A stretch of DNA of 63,944 bases, counting the filler, from Choristocarpus tenellus KU-1152 (lineage: Eukaryota; Protista; Phaeophyceae), in the NCBI GenBank assembly GCA_964200185.2. It is 10 parts of 10 records of this genome, joined end to end, with 100 filler letters (N's around TTAATTAATTAA, not from the genome) between each part and the next. Parts side by side here need not be neighbours in the genome. Positions count along the whole stretch, not along the records: positions 23,113 to 27,647 come from CAXNAD020014113.1; positions 27,748 to 30,892 come from CAXNAD020021993.1; positions 30,993 to 38,083 come from CAXNAD020006718.1; positions 38,184 to 51,987 come from CAXNAD020001362.1; 6 more parts are not named here. One strand, given 5' to 3'. Below are positions 25,239 through 38,290 of this stretch, in pieces; within the stretch, counting starts at the first letter, position 1; each line of letters opens with the position of its first letter. The translations under genes and the position numbers were made by a program. The notes under the pieces are model-generated. The model worked only from the letters and a program-made list of their open reading frames with translations, did not search any database and was not told the DNA's origin.

Positions 25239-27570
25239 CCTTGGGAGGTAATGCTATTTCTCAGTAGTGAAGATAAGATAGTGTGAAGCCTCACACGACC
25301 CCCTTTGCTGAACGTGATAAAAAAGAATGGATGGTTAAAATTTAGAAGAGTGACCTTTGTGTATGGTGTCTTCTCATTGCTGGTTTATTATTTATTTGTG
25401 CTTCCTATCTGAGTCAACGGTCATGTCAAAGTTAGTTAAATGCAGAAAAAATACCAATACATAATTCCATACATAATCTGGACGTACTATTTAATTAGTT
25501 ACATCACATGAACTCAATTCAACACAACAATCTCATATACACAAAATAAGGTACACCTCGCTATTGTCTTATTTTGCACAAAACTAACCCAAACTCTAAG
25601 TTTTCGTTTTCATCACATATTAACACACCTGTCATTTACCAAACACTTATTCCAGGAATAGGTAGCACAGATCAATCCAAAGAATATGCCATCACATCGA
25701 ATCGGTCACAGGACACCGCCACAGTACCAACACTGACTCCAACACGTACCACCCCTCCCCTTATACGCACAATCACCACAATCCTTAGAAACGGACGGAC
25801 AGGGACGGCAGACAGCACAGTAATATGTCTACGAAACTTCTTTACATCAACACGTTTTGAACACGGGAGATGGTCCACCTCCCGGCTTACAAGATCGACT
25901 GCGCGGGACGACGCGACCCACATGTCCCAAACCTCGGTGGCATCTAGTCCATGCACAGGCTCTTCACTGGTCGGCTCACCACCGGAGAGTCCCGTTCATT
26001 GATATACACTGAACTGTCGTGCTACGACAGGAACTGTTCCATCGGCAACCTGGCCCAATGCAGGTGGCAACTAACCCACGTACCCCCGCTTAAGGAGATA
26101 GACCTCGGATTTTCCACGGAAACAGGAACGGGCGATATATATCTAAGAAGCCACCTGTCAAGGAAGAAGAGACAGCTCGCCGAGGGGAACATATGCATTG
26201 TGCGGACGCACCCATCGGAATACAATGGTACAGAGTTCTTGCCATTCATTGTCCACTGCAAGGACACGATTCATTGAAACGCCAGGCACCACTCCAGCTA
26301 CGGAGGAATGTTCAGCGCTGGAGATGAGGTCGTCTTTGTCACTGAAGACTTCGAGGTGCTGAGTGCTAGCTTTGTTGATGGATGATAACTATTCGCATGT
26401 CACGGACGGACAAGGTGAGAAATGCTTCTTATTGTTGCTAAGAGAACAATGCTCCACAGGAATGATTCCACGCTGTCCATAGACAGATGTTACATATCTC
26501 CTGATATCCCCTCATACCCAACTAAATTCCTCCATAACGTCCAATCCTGACATCCAAACCAGTGTCATATTCTTTCTCCTACTCTACAACCACGAACGTT
26601 GACTTTCACCAAATATTTTACAAGTTCCGTAAGGCAAATAAGTGTATTCCATTCCTTCATTTCGCTGTCTAAGTGTATACTCTATCCTACATAAAACTCT
26701 TCGATTCCTCAAAACCAAAACAAACAAGACTCCTATACAACCAAACAAGGCCATCACGCGCAAGCACATACCAATAGTCCAATAAAGCAACACAGCCCCA
26801 GCAACGAACATCTTTGTGTTGATGCAGGAGGCACAACCGGGTCCCCTCGCTGTGCCCCTTCAGGCTATCATCATCCCAGACTTCACAAACATTCACCACA
26901 ACACATTCATAATCTTGCCTGGTCAATACCAGAGGTTCACCACAGAATCCAACCGGCAATCCCTCGGTGCAATACCTGCTCGCTTCTCAAGGCAACTCAG
27001 AACTTGGGGACATATCCGACGCCAGGTTCAGTCGAGGAACCAGCTTCATCCTATATGTGAGTGGGGGGTCTATCGTACAGGGGAAGGTCAGCGATGTTCA
27101 CGTGCACAGTTCAGGGGCGTACATTTACCCAGTGTTCTATCTTCCGGATGATGGTGAATACTCCTTGTGTCAATTATGTCCTCATACGCATGCTTTTATT
27201 GGCCCGATGACAACCTGGAATTCATCTCAATTAGTGCGTTCTGCCACTATCCTCTAACACTCTTGCTGACATGCCCCAATCCTTTTTCCTCCCCTCTTTG
27301 CATTGATCGGACCACAGAGCAATTGACAGAAACCTTGCTAAAACAACTTTGACGCGGAAGCATCTCGTACTCGGTATCACCATCTTCAGCACAAATCAAG
27401 ACTTTCACAACAGATGACCCCTCTTCCACACCCAATCCAAACGGCGGCAACCATCCCAGCTCCAAACTTTACTTCCCTGAGCCACAGTAACATAGTCTAC
27501 GCCCACTCAAGCGCCAAGAGTAGGTCTTAAAGGCACATTATTCCTAAATACGTCAAAAAGGACGGTGACT

Positions 27571-27647
27571 GGGTCAACGTATCTGGGGTGGTGGTGGTTA
27601 GTGAGGGGGCGTCCGAGTCGAAATGGACGCCCCCTCACTAACCACCA
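27571..27647. mobile_element. Minimal fold-back MITE of family B type, truncated by the contig end
   Basis: GGGTCAACGTATCTGGGG terminus, then a perfect 23-bp inverted repeat 27592-27614 / 27625-27647 with a 10-nt loop. Confidence 0.75.
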
Positions 27648-28047
27648 NNNNNNNNNNNNNNNNNNNNNNNNNNNNNNNNNNNNNNNNNNNNTTAATTAAT
27701 TAANNNNNNNNNNNNNNNNNNNNNNNNNNNNNNNNNNNNNNNNNNNNCCCCCCCCCCCCCCCCAACATACGCATACACCTTTTTTTGTGGAACTGTGTTT
27801 CTAAGCATGGTTTTTACTAACCCCTTTGGCTTCAGCATAGCAAAGAGTGAAGTGTTTCCATGAGATATTTATGTATTTTTGTGTCAGCAAACGGGGCGAT
27901 GAAAACGCCTGCCTTTTCTTAACAAAAAATTGTTTTGGAGTAATGTCTTTCCGAATGTTGAAAGGGGCGAAATTTTTTTTTTCTCATACACGAAAAGTAC
28001 TTAAATAATAAACAACCCTGAAATTTGTACCACCTTAACCCCCCCCC

Positions 28048-28084
<37 letters not shown>

Positions 28085-28238
28085 CCCCCCCCCCCCCCCC
28101 CNNNNNNNNNNAAAAATAACTAAAAAAACAACAACCCCAAAATTTTTCCCCCCCCACCCCCCCCCCCCCCCCCCCCCCCCTGCTGCCACCGTGTTGTAAC
28201 TGCCACTTGTCCACCTGTGTGTGTTGCAATGAGAGTAG

Positions 28239-28412
28239 GTCTGGCCGATCTACGACATGATCCTGTATGCTTACGTACCAACAGCCCATCGGCCGCTATT
28301 CAACTCCTTCATGTCTATTGCTTGGGGTGGCTACCTGAGCCATGTCAGTCAACCAGTGCCGGAGGATGAAGTTGATTGTTCTGATGCCGTGCCCGTTGAG
28401 GCAACGTCTTGA
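28239..28412 (+). CDS. Mpv17/PMP22 family membrane protein, terminal exon
   Basis: AG acceptor, then VWPIYDMILYAYVPTAHRPLFNSFMSIAWGGYLSHVSQ...*. This matches the family pattern WP...VP...R.LF...W..YLS. The exon is missed by the ORF track. Confidence 0.8.
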   Translation, partial: VWPIYDMILYAYVPTAHRPLFNSFMSIAWGGYLSHVSQPVPEDEVDCSDAVPVEATS

Positions 28413-30706
28413 AAGATTCACCACCATTAGGAGGCGTTTGTGTCTTCTAGTGTGGTGGCGGTTTTGTAAGGTCAGGTTTGCGTGTTGCTGTGATAAGAGC
28501 AAATATGTGCGTGCGTGTGTGTGTGTGTATGTGTGTGTGCTTGTGTGTGTGGAAGGGGAGTTAGTGAATGCTCTGTAGCTCAAGGTATCGCCTTGAACCT
28601 TGCTTGGTACCACAAATTGTGGTAAGAGAGAGAGAGAGAGAGAGAGGGTATATGCCCGTTGTAGAGAGACTATTTTAGAGTAATGGCATTTGACACAGGC
28701 AAGGTGATGATACACTGTGTAGTTGACCGTCGAGGGAGAGTTGACGAGAGGTGAGGTGACACTTTTTGGAAATTCTTTAGTCGATACTGCTAGAAGTGGT
28801 GAGTGTGGGTTGTGCGTCTCAGAAAGGCTCTTTTTGTTGTGGCAAACTTTGCAGTGTCTTTTTGCCATGTGAAAAACCGAATAAAATTGCCATTTGGTAC
28901 GATTTCACAGGTATAGATCAATTTCCTGTGTTATTACGTGTGTATTCTTCTTTTTTTTCAGTTAGGTATGGAGCCTATCCTGCTGTCGTCTTTCTGGTAC
29001 GAACTCTTCTTAGAGTTAAGTGCCCATTGGGGCTTGTGGGTCACAAGCCCTGGGACTTCCTATGTATCGTTTTGGTAGTTGTTTGGGACTGGAAGAGGGG
29101 TATATAGACCTACTACGTGTTCGCCATCCAAGGTAAAGGGATTGAGGCCTGATTCGATGGATCTCTACATATGCTGTCTTTTTTGCTGGTGGTTGGAGAT
29201 ACGTGAGCCACTTGTTAACAGGGTTGGAATGGTATTGTTGATATATTGAATGAGATCTCAATAATTGTTACACTTTTTTTCATTGTGGTGAGCCGTGGTT
29301 GCTTCTTGAAGTGAATATGAGATTATACATTCGTTGATACGTTCGGTGTCCACGGATGTCTCTACCCCCCTGCCATTTGTGTTAAGAGTTGATCAAATGA
29401 CGCAATGCCTTAATTGATGATTGAGCTTGTTGTGATTGAGTTAAGGGTTGTTTGTGTCTTCCTTCTCTGAACACATCGTTCATGTTTATCGTTATTGTTA
29501 TCTCTGCCTCTTCCAGCTGAGCCTAGAGTCCAGCATCATTTTCAAACTGAACATATCACAAGATTGAGCTATCGCCAAGTTCTCACCATATATAACCGTT
29601 AAGAACATCATACATGTCATTTATGATACGCCGATAATGTGCGGAAAATATCTTGCATATACCTGAGTGATACTATCTGGATCTAGGAGGGGGGTGCCAC
29701 TGATTTTGTTTATGGCCTCTGTGACGACTGCCTTGTGATGCATGAGTAATGAGCATTGTGGAGGGGGGCACTTTCAGCAGACAATGTACCTCTAGCTAAT
29801 AATCTTCTTCGGCGGTCACGCCCTTCTAAAATGGGGGATTTAACTACATATCAGGATTGAGGATGGTGTTTATTGCACAAGGATCAAAAAGGCTTATGAC
29901 TCACAAGAGCCAAGATCGACCTCCACTCTTAGGTCCATCTTGAATCAGTGTTGAGTCCTGAATTAAGCACATGTGCAACCATTTGTTAGAGGAGGTCAAT
30001 AGATCGCAGTTGTAAGTAATGATGAGGGATGTGGTTACATGTCTCACCCACGAGAGGTATTTCTGGACCTTCTTGATAGGCACCTGATGAATACCTACAT
30101 GGGAAACTGCAAGTCAGGAAAAGAAAAATATGAGAACGATGCTGTCATTGACAGACAGTATATCTGAAAGTAGTGTTACACTCAATAATTTTACCACAAC
30201 TGCCGAAAGGTTCAGCAGTTGATGTCCCCCTGTTACATCAGTTGTAAGCGCAGGTCCTTATTCTTTTGTGTTCCAGTCTCCACATCTTACTGTTGCTTGC
30301 CATGATCAAAAGGAACAGACTAACCCTAAGACTAGATTGGATAGTGCGCAGCTCTTTGTTTTCCTCTGCAGCATATGGATTAAGGTGGATGTATGGGAGG
30401 AAGCCAAGAAGGCAGATGCCACCTGAAGGCTCGAGGAATAAGAAAAAAATAATTACAACTCACATCTTTTGCTTCTTTTGTGATTTAAAAAAAATGATCG
30501 AACTTTTTCAATTCAGATATTCTCAATTTATTGCACTAAGAAGGCTGAATGAGCTGACCCCCACTTACTATCACCATCTTATCGAATCTACCTGTACATT
30601 CTACAACTACGAAAGATCCCCTAAGTTCAATGATGCTACATCAACAACTCATGCATGTGAGGATGAAAGTCGCAACCACAACTCCAGCAATTTGTAATAC
30701 ATCTTC

Positions 30707-30840
30707 GAGTGAAAGTATCTTAGAGCGTACGAGTTTTGCCCTGTTTGTCCATTATTTGGGGCTTGGCTTCCCATGTTTTTTTTATGACATTTTCCTACTC
30801 CAAAATTTTTCAGATTAGTTAGGTAAAATGTATATGTGAA
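30707..30840 (-). mobile_element. MITE family A, partial; another terminal fragment at 30993-31032
   Basis: GAGTGAAAGTATCTTAGAGCGTACG terminus and matching internal sequence. Confidence 0.8.
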
Positions 30841-31194
30841 ACAGGTGGAAACAGCCGACAGGTTCTTCGTAATGAAGGGGAGCGGGAAGACCNNNNNNNN
30901 NNNNNNNNNNNNNNNNNNNNNNNNNNNNNNNNNNNNTTAATTAATTAANNNNNNNNNNNNNNNNNNNNNNNNNNNNNNNNNNNNNNNNNNNNCCCAAATG
31001 GACGCGGCCCTACCCTCTAAGATACTTTGGCTGAAAACCTACATGCCTCGGGGGACAGCAGCAGCCATCATGGAGGACTTCGGAATTTCCTAATCACTGT
31101 TTCGTCATCTGAAGGTATGACAGGCAGATTGCACGTGGCGAATGTATGGACCTTGTACGGAATCGCAAGGGGCAATATGACTGCTGTACAAGTA

Positions 31195-31900
31195 TCTGTT
31201 AAAACAAAGGCTACTCATCTGTTTGTTCCTTGATACGATACAGTTCCACCAGTCAACACTGACGGTTGATTGATTGGTCTGTTACGTTCTGGGCGTTACT
31301 TTCACTAGTTCGTCATCACCACATCAACTACAATCAGAACACCTTAATACAGAACAGTCGCTCTGCGTTCCACGAAAATAGTATAGTATAGTATATGTCG
31401 CTTGAGTTGCATCGCATATTGGTTCAAGTTTTTTCTCTTGTTCTCTTGTTTGTTTTCCTTTCGCTCTTTCTTCTTATCAGCAGAAGATGGCAGTTGTACG
31501 TTGATGGTTTATTATTTCTTTCGTGACTGCCATTGGTCCCTCAAATTGCACCAAACTCACACTGCAAACTGTGTACCAAACACACACATGGATGTAATAT
31601 AATCAGAATTAAAACCATCCACGAAAACCCCTTGCCAGCCAAGGTAACAAGCCTCTCCACAGAGCATGGACTTCTTTCGTTGAGTATTTTATGAAAGAAC
31701 ACCGAATTCACATCACATCACTGAGAGATCAATGACATCAGTTACAACAGAATAAATACATCGATGCTTTGCAGCACAATCACACCTATCCATAACATAG
31801 ACTACGCGTATCACTCATTGGTACTTTGCAACACCATGATTCCTCATCGCTAGTAGTCTACGCATTTTGCTTACATGTACGATGTATTCGATTCAGGTTT
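31195..31900 (+). repeat. Dispersed repeat carrying a decayed exon (SELKPSTKTLASQGNKPLHRAWTSFVEY); homologous to 48405-48975(-) and 56230-56990(+)
   Basis: Near-identical core AAACCCTTG...AAGGTAACAAGCCTCTCCACAGAGCATGGACTTCTTTCGTTGAGTAT at three loci on three different contigs. Confidence 0.8.
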
Positions 31901-32639
31901 CAACAAGTTATGAGCCTCAACACTTGATCGACACATACAACAACACATTTGCCTGACCTTGTCTTGTACTTCCACCAACTACACACTAGATAGACCCACT
32001 GTACCGCCTGGAACGCAAGCTAACACCACCTATTTCCCCTGGTGATGACTCCCCCTGAACCGCGTTCGAACTCTGCTTCGTGAGCATCTGGAGCTGTGTG
32101 GACCCTTCGGGCCCATCGAGTTTTGATCCAGCGTGCTTCTTGTCTTTTCACCACTGCTACTCCACCTACCATCCGATACAAAGAAGTTGACGACTAGCTG
32201 TTACGCAGTCTCGTTGCTACCTGCCACGGACCTGCGCAAGACCTTCACGGATTCCAGCAGGGGGCAATAATCCCGACCAGTGTCTCATGCGCCTCCGCAA
32301 GACTAAAAGCTGAGTCAGGGACCCCTCAGCCTTACTCCTATTGATCGAGCTCTCCACTGCAGCTACTGTCACCAACCTGGACACCCCCTGCGCCATTTTC
32401 CAAACTGTCCCCCTGTCCCCACCTGACCACCACCCAATGCCCCCACCCCACCACCAATCACGATCAAGCACACACTCACAATACAAGGCACACCCACAAC
32501 CGACCTCACCACAATCATACCTCACCCTGGCTGCACAGCTCCTCCCCTGGCTAATCCGTCCCGTCAAACACACCATCTCCCACTCTTGCTACACAACAGC
32601 ATTGCTAATCTTTACGAGCACACCATCAGGGAAGCTGTG

Positions 32640-33145
32640 TTTCATTCGTTCCAGTACGCACACCGTCAGGGACATAGCTACGTACAACATCAGCACCCAC
32701 TCCGTTCGTGTACAAAGACGTCATGGACATCACTACTTGCAACCGCAGAGAAGCACTTCGTTCGTAGACCAAGACACCATGGACATCACTACTTAAAATC
32801 GCAGAGCAATACTTCCTTAGTTCGTGTCGGCTGACGACATGGACAGCACTACTTACAACCACAGAGCAGCACGTCGTTCATGTATGCAGAACGTCATGGA
32901 CGTCACTCACAACAAGCCCAACACTATTTCGTTCGTGTATACAGACGACATGGACACCGCGATCTACAACCTCATCGCCTGTTCCGTTCGTGTACCAAGA
33001 TGACATGGACATCGCAGCCCACACCTTGACTCCACCCCAGAACTTCACATCGTTCATGTACGCAGAAAGAACGTCATGGACATCACTCACAACACCTGCA
33101 GCGCTTACTTCGTTCCTGTATGCAGATAGAATGGACATCGCTGGC
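32640..33145 (+). repeat. Degenerate minisatellite, 9 units of ~55 bp with a conserved core TTCGTTCGTGTA..AGACG.CATGGACATC
   Basis: CATGGAC-like anchors at 32667, 32722, 32778, 32838, 32895, 32949, 33004, 33075 and 33130. Confidence 0.85.
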
Positions 33146-33181
33146 AATAACCTTTACCCACAACACCAACTACTAGCTGAC

Positions 33182-33438
33182 AATTCAAAGTATCTTAGAG
33201 GGTAGAGCCGCGTCCATTTGGGGGCCAAAATCCAACGATGGAATTTGATGTAATTTAGGCTACCGTATTTGTTAGGAAGTGTCAATATCCTTATTCCAGA
33301 CATACCTTTTCATAATGTGTACCTTTTACCTACTCCGAAATATTTTAGAGTAGGAAAATTCATAAAAACCCCAGAGGAAAGTCAAGTCCCAAACGGACAA
33401 ACAGGGCAAAACTTGTACCCTCTAAGATACTTTCACTC
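33182..33438 (+). mobile_element. MITE family A, TSD TGAC
   Basis: Both TIRs present; TGAC on both flanks. Confidence 0.9.
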
Positions 33439-33559
33439 TGACGATTTTGAACAAGATCATCAACAACATTTCCAAGATCTTCGATTTCTACGTATTTCCC
33501 TAATATAGGAATTTGACTCCTAGCACGGTGTTACTTTTGTAGTCTTTTACTAGTATTCT

Positions 33560-34420
33560 AACAGTATGCTCGAAGTTTGGGATGTCCCAGCACATCCTTC
33601 GGCACATGGGCAGCCAAAGCTGGGGTCTCCCTTGCCTCATTGTGGGATCTGTGCAAGTGTGAAAAGGTGAAGGTCAAGCTATGGATTAAGCCAGTCCTCT
33701 CAGACGAACATAAAGTCAACAGGGTGAGTTTCGTCATCAGCCACACACACAGGAGGGGACGAAGTGGGGTATTGATATATTATACAACTGGGTGCGTGTG
33801 GATAAGAGTTGGTCTTACATCCTCAAAGATGGGAAAGGTGTATACCTTCACCCCACTGAGGACCCCCGCCAAACCCCTGCAGGCACAGAATAAGCATTAT
33901 ATTACGGTGGTGTTCCTTATAGGTGTGGCCCGCCCTAGAAAGCTCTCCAATGGGGTGCGTTCGATGGGAAAATCAGGATTGGACAAATCGTGGACACAAG
34001 GGTCGCTCAATGTTCCAGCAAATACGCCCCAAGGGCACCAAGGTGCTTGTGCCAGCTACGGTGGATGGGGAGAGGTGTAAGAAGCTCGTGATCGAGGATG
34101 CCATCCCTGCAACCAAGGTCCGCATGGCTAGGGTGGAAGGACACACCATCTTCATACAGCAGGTTGGGGCTAAGCCAAGCCGTACACCAATGGAAGGATC
34201 ATGGAGGCATTCGAGGAGGCGGTGGGAGACGACATTGTCGTAGGGATCCAGCCAGTCAACTCACCTGACCTCAACATCAACAACCTGGGATTTTTTCCTT
34301 CCATCCAGCAACTGCACAACAAAGAGAAGCTGGTGGAAGCCACAATGGAGGCTTTTGAAGTGTGCCCCCAGGAGACACTAGAGTGCGTCTAGCAGAGCCT
34401 CTTCGCAGTATATGGTGAAG
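33560..34420 (+). pseudogene. Tc1/mariner transposase pseudogene of plant-type DD39D (Soymar/Osmar-like)
   Basis: Frameshifted pieces WIKPVLSDEHKVNR, KHYITVVFLIGVARPR, IFIQQVGAKP (cf. QQDNARPH) and QPVNSPDLNINNLGFFPSIQQL (cf. QPPNSPDLNVLDLGFF). Confidence 0.88.
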
Positions 34421-35399
34421 AGCTGGGGCCCAAGTGTGACATCTTCAAAAGTCCCTATCTTGGCAAGGAAAAGGCTGAGAAGGCGGGCAGCCTCCCCCTC
34501 AATGCCCCGGTGGATGCGGCGAAGTACCATGCTGGAATGGAGTTTGGAGGGCCTCAAGGGTGGAATCATACATAGGTGTAGGCTGCCCCTTTTTTTATTG
34601 AGATTTTGGTGGGCAACCTTTTAGTGTCTGCACAATACACCCATAAAGTTTGAACATGTGAAAAAAAATCTTGTTTCTTCATCGGGGCTGCAAAGGTTAT
34701 GTTAATTTTAATTCCGAACAGTGGAAGTTAATTATTTTCTCATTTGCCCACACGGCTACCGCTTCTTCAATAGTCCCTCTCAGATAGGACTAGACTTCTT
34801 GGTCGAGATTGGAAGTGAGCTAGGTGGGGCCCGACCTCTACTAATCTCAGACTTCTTGATCTTACCATACAAGAGATCTAGAACCAAGTGCCCGTTCCAA
34901 GAATGCTCCCCTTTCTAGGATGTTCTTCTGGAACATTCTCATTCTACGGAGTTCCCACTTTATTCCATCGCATATCTTATTCTACTCTATGCTGCCATGG
35001 CATTTTGACTTGTCTTGTTATCAGCTACTCAAATATATCAACGTATGAGTGTCCCTAGTAAGGCTGTGGACCACCCAACACGAACATAGAATGCACACTA
35101 TACTACTACTTCTCCCAAATCAGGAAAATAGAAGTACTCACCACAAAACAAGCTGTGGATACATGACGATGATACAGTGATTACTGCCAGATACTCCTTC
35201 CCTTCTACTTGTACATAGTCCAAGAGTATTGACAATCATGACAGAATGGTTGTAGTCTACTTAGTAGGAGGAGTAGTGCCCTGGATGGTTAGTTCAGGGA
35301 CACCGTTCATAGTTTTTCTCTGTATCATGCGGCAGCATGGTCCTGGCCTGCCTGTGATCCCTTTCTCACTCATTATTTTGAAATCAAGTACTGAGTAGT

Positions 35400-35780
35400 T
35401 TAAAATTATCTCTTGGTGCCACTTTGAACATCAAAGTTGTCCACAGGTACCACCCTCACACGAGGGCAGGTAGGTTTAAATCATCACACCATCTACCACT
35501 ACACAAACAAGCACAACACACACACACATATATATTCTATACTCCCCCTCGTATTTCTGGAGCATCCTGACTGTAAGCTTGGCGGACCCACTCTCCACAT
35601 CTTCCTTTGTCGTGGCAAGGATTGCCACAAGCAAGGTACGTATTCAATGTCAACAGAAGAGTAGAGTGATGGATACAACACTGTGGAGATGGTAAAACCT
35701 GCTCTGTCCCTAGTCAGTGCGTCAACTACCCGCCTTCAACCACCTGGGCATCTACCTGTGCCCTCTGCCCAAAGTGGCCC
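35400..35780 (-). mobile_element. Ty1/copia RNase H relic
   Basis: SSVDIEYV resembles the copia SSTEAEY motif; otherwise heavily decayed. Confidence 0.4.
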
Positions 35781-35785
35781 ATCCT

Positions 35786-36022
35786 GAGTCAGAGTATCTT
35801 TGAGGGTATAGCCGCGTCCGTTTGGGGGCCAAAACCCAATGTTGTGATTTTGATGTAATTGTGGCTATTGTGTTTGTTAGGAATTGTCAATATCCTTGTT
35901 CCGAACACACCTTTTTATAAGGTATACTTTTTACCTACTCCGAAACATTTCGGAGTAGGTAAATGCCAAGCCCCAAATGGACAAGCAGGGCAAAACCCGT
36001 ACCCTCTAAGATACTTTCACTC
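35786..36022 (+). mobile_element. MITE family A (small internal deletion)
   Basis: Both TIRs present. Confidence 0.88.
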
Positions 36023-37158
36023 CCAGGTCGAGAGTTCTGCATGCAGAACATAGCAGCCATGTATGGGAATCCCTACTATAGGGGAACCAATGTCAGTATC
36101 ATTTCGCGATATAGAGGGAGGATAACATTATTGATAGCATCAAGCAAAGTGTGACCCATCATGGAGGGCAGACCGGTGTGCTGGCGATGAACTTGTACAG
36201 AGCATCGATGGATTACAGAGCAGCATCATTCGAGGACAAAATGCACAGCAACTTCTCCAAAGGTTTTCCTTTACATTGGTCAAGACAATATTTATATTGT
36301 GGCGGCAAGGGCTATCGACAAACCAAGAATCGACGACACAACAGCATCAATCGAGGCACTGATTGAGGGCACAGTATATTTACCTATTGACTATGTTGAT
36401 ATCGATGAGATAAAGCATGAAGGTATCCCGAAGCTTGGATCTCCAACGTTTGTATGTAAGTACTGGGTAGTTTAAACCTCAACCAACATCTTCGCAGCAG
36501 AAAGCATACTGAAGCTGATTGCTAGTTACACCTAGCTGAATTTCCTCTCTTTCCTCACTGTATTAATCAGGTTATGCACTTTGTTAAGGAAACCGAATTT
36601 GCCAAGACTTGTGTATATAAATGGCTTGGTTATTTCCTTATTTGGATTATACAGGTTTAAGGAAGGAGAAAAGGGGAGTAAGCCTTCAAGCCCAAGGGGG
36701 GGTGGGGGGGGGTCCTTGCCATCAAATCAATCCTATTATGTTCTTCACTAATCACTGATCACAGATGACTTACTAAAATGTTTCCTATTCCTAAGCTCTT
36801 CCATGTTCTAGTTCATTAACCCGTACCTATCTCTCTTACCCTTGAGAACACGAACATGGTCTCTTCCACCATCAGATTGTTTCTTGCAGAATGCACTTAC
36901 TTTTACACATGAACAAGAGGAGTATTCTTGACATTTATATTATTTTTCTTTGGTAGCATTGTTTCGGTTTTCTATAGTTTTAGCTACTATTATTACCTGT
37001 TTGCATTTCTGTGTCATTCCTGTGTCATCTCTTGGTTTGTCATTTTTCAAAAGCATCTCTGGTCCTTGCCATATCTATTCCCTTTCTTTTGTGTCCTCTG
37101 AATTTGGTACTCCGTCATCTATTAAACTCAACATGCTGTATTTTGCTTTCCTCATGAA

Positions 37159-37320
37159 GAGTCAAAGTACCTTAGAGGGTAGGGCCGCGTCCATTTGGGG
37201 ACCAAAATCCAATGTTACAATTTTGATGTAACTTAGGCTATCGTGTTTGTTAGGAGATGTCAATATCCTTGTTCTGGACACACCTTTTCATAACGTACAC
37301 ATTTTACCTACTCCAAAATG
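37159..37320 (+). mobile_element. MITE family A, 5' half
   Basis: GAGTCAAAGTACCTTAGAGGGTAGG terminus, truncated next to a tRNA-like sequence. Confidence 0.85.
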
Positions 37321-37345
37321 ACGGCTAGGTGCCATAAACAGGAGC

Positions 37346-37417
37346 CGACCTCACTGGGAATCTAACCCGGTCTTCGTCCGTGACAGGGGCGAATGCTAAC
37401 CTTTATACCACGAAGCC
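37346..37417 (-). pseudogene. tRNA-Asp(GTC)-like pseudogene or SINE head
   Basis: GGCTTCGTGGTATAAAGGTTAGCATTCGCCCCTGTCACGGACGAAGACCGGGTTAGATTCCCAGTGAGGTCG forms a 72-nt cloverleaf with a CTGTCAC anticodon loop. The T-loop reads TTAGA, and the anticodon and T stems each have a mismatch. Confidence 0.7.
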
Positions 37418-38213
37418 GTTATTGAACTCCGTGTGGAGATGACAACTTAGCTTTCTCTTGCATTATATACTACTCCAATATCCATTTCATGGCAGTTTTG
37501 TGTCCATCACATAATCACATTTTTCTTCCACCACTACCCTCCTTTGCCTCTCTTTTTTTATTCTTTTTTTTCAAATTCTCTTGTGTTTATCCTTTCTTTT
37601 TCCTGACGCTACACAATTCGCTTACGCTACACTGAATATCGTAACAGTTGAAATAGTTAACAATATTAGTCTGCCTTCTTACCAACGTTCCTTTTGTTGG
37701 ATTAAGAAGCATATTTGATGCATGTGTCGCCATTTTACGGTCTCACATATCTGAGAGGCCATATTCTTCACTCGTGAAAGGCCTGGAACAAGTAAGAAGC
37801 ATGACCTTTATAAATATTATTATGCCCTCTGACATTTTGCAGGTGTGTCAGGGGGGAAACCAATGAAAATTATACATATGCCGTTATTAGCCCTAAAGAA
37901 ATAAAATATCCTAAACGTAAGAACACTATAAAACATTGTAAGTGTGGAAACCACTAATCTATCAGTTACTTCACCAATATAAAATATTGTACTACTGTCG
38001 TCCTTTACTTCCCATCTACCTACTCCTGTGCCCCGGGGGGAGTTAGGGAGGCATCCCAAGAATCCATCTGTCCCCTCCGTGCCNNNNNNNNNNNNNNNNN
38101 NNNNNNNNNNNNNNNNNNNNNNNNNNNTTAATTAATTAANNNNNNNNNNNNNNNNNNNNNNNNNNNNNNNNNNNNNNNNNNNNTTTTTTGTGACTCCAAA
38201 CACCACCCCCCCC

Positions 38214-38290
<77 letters not shown>

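Noticed and set aside
32640-33145. CRISPR array
   Set aside because: The repeats are degenerate, the linkers are related to each other rather than unique, no cas genes are present, and the context is eukaryotic.
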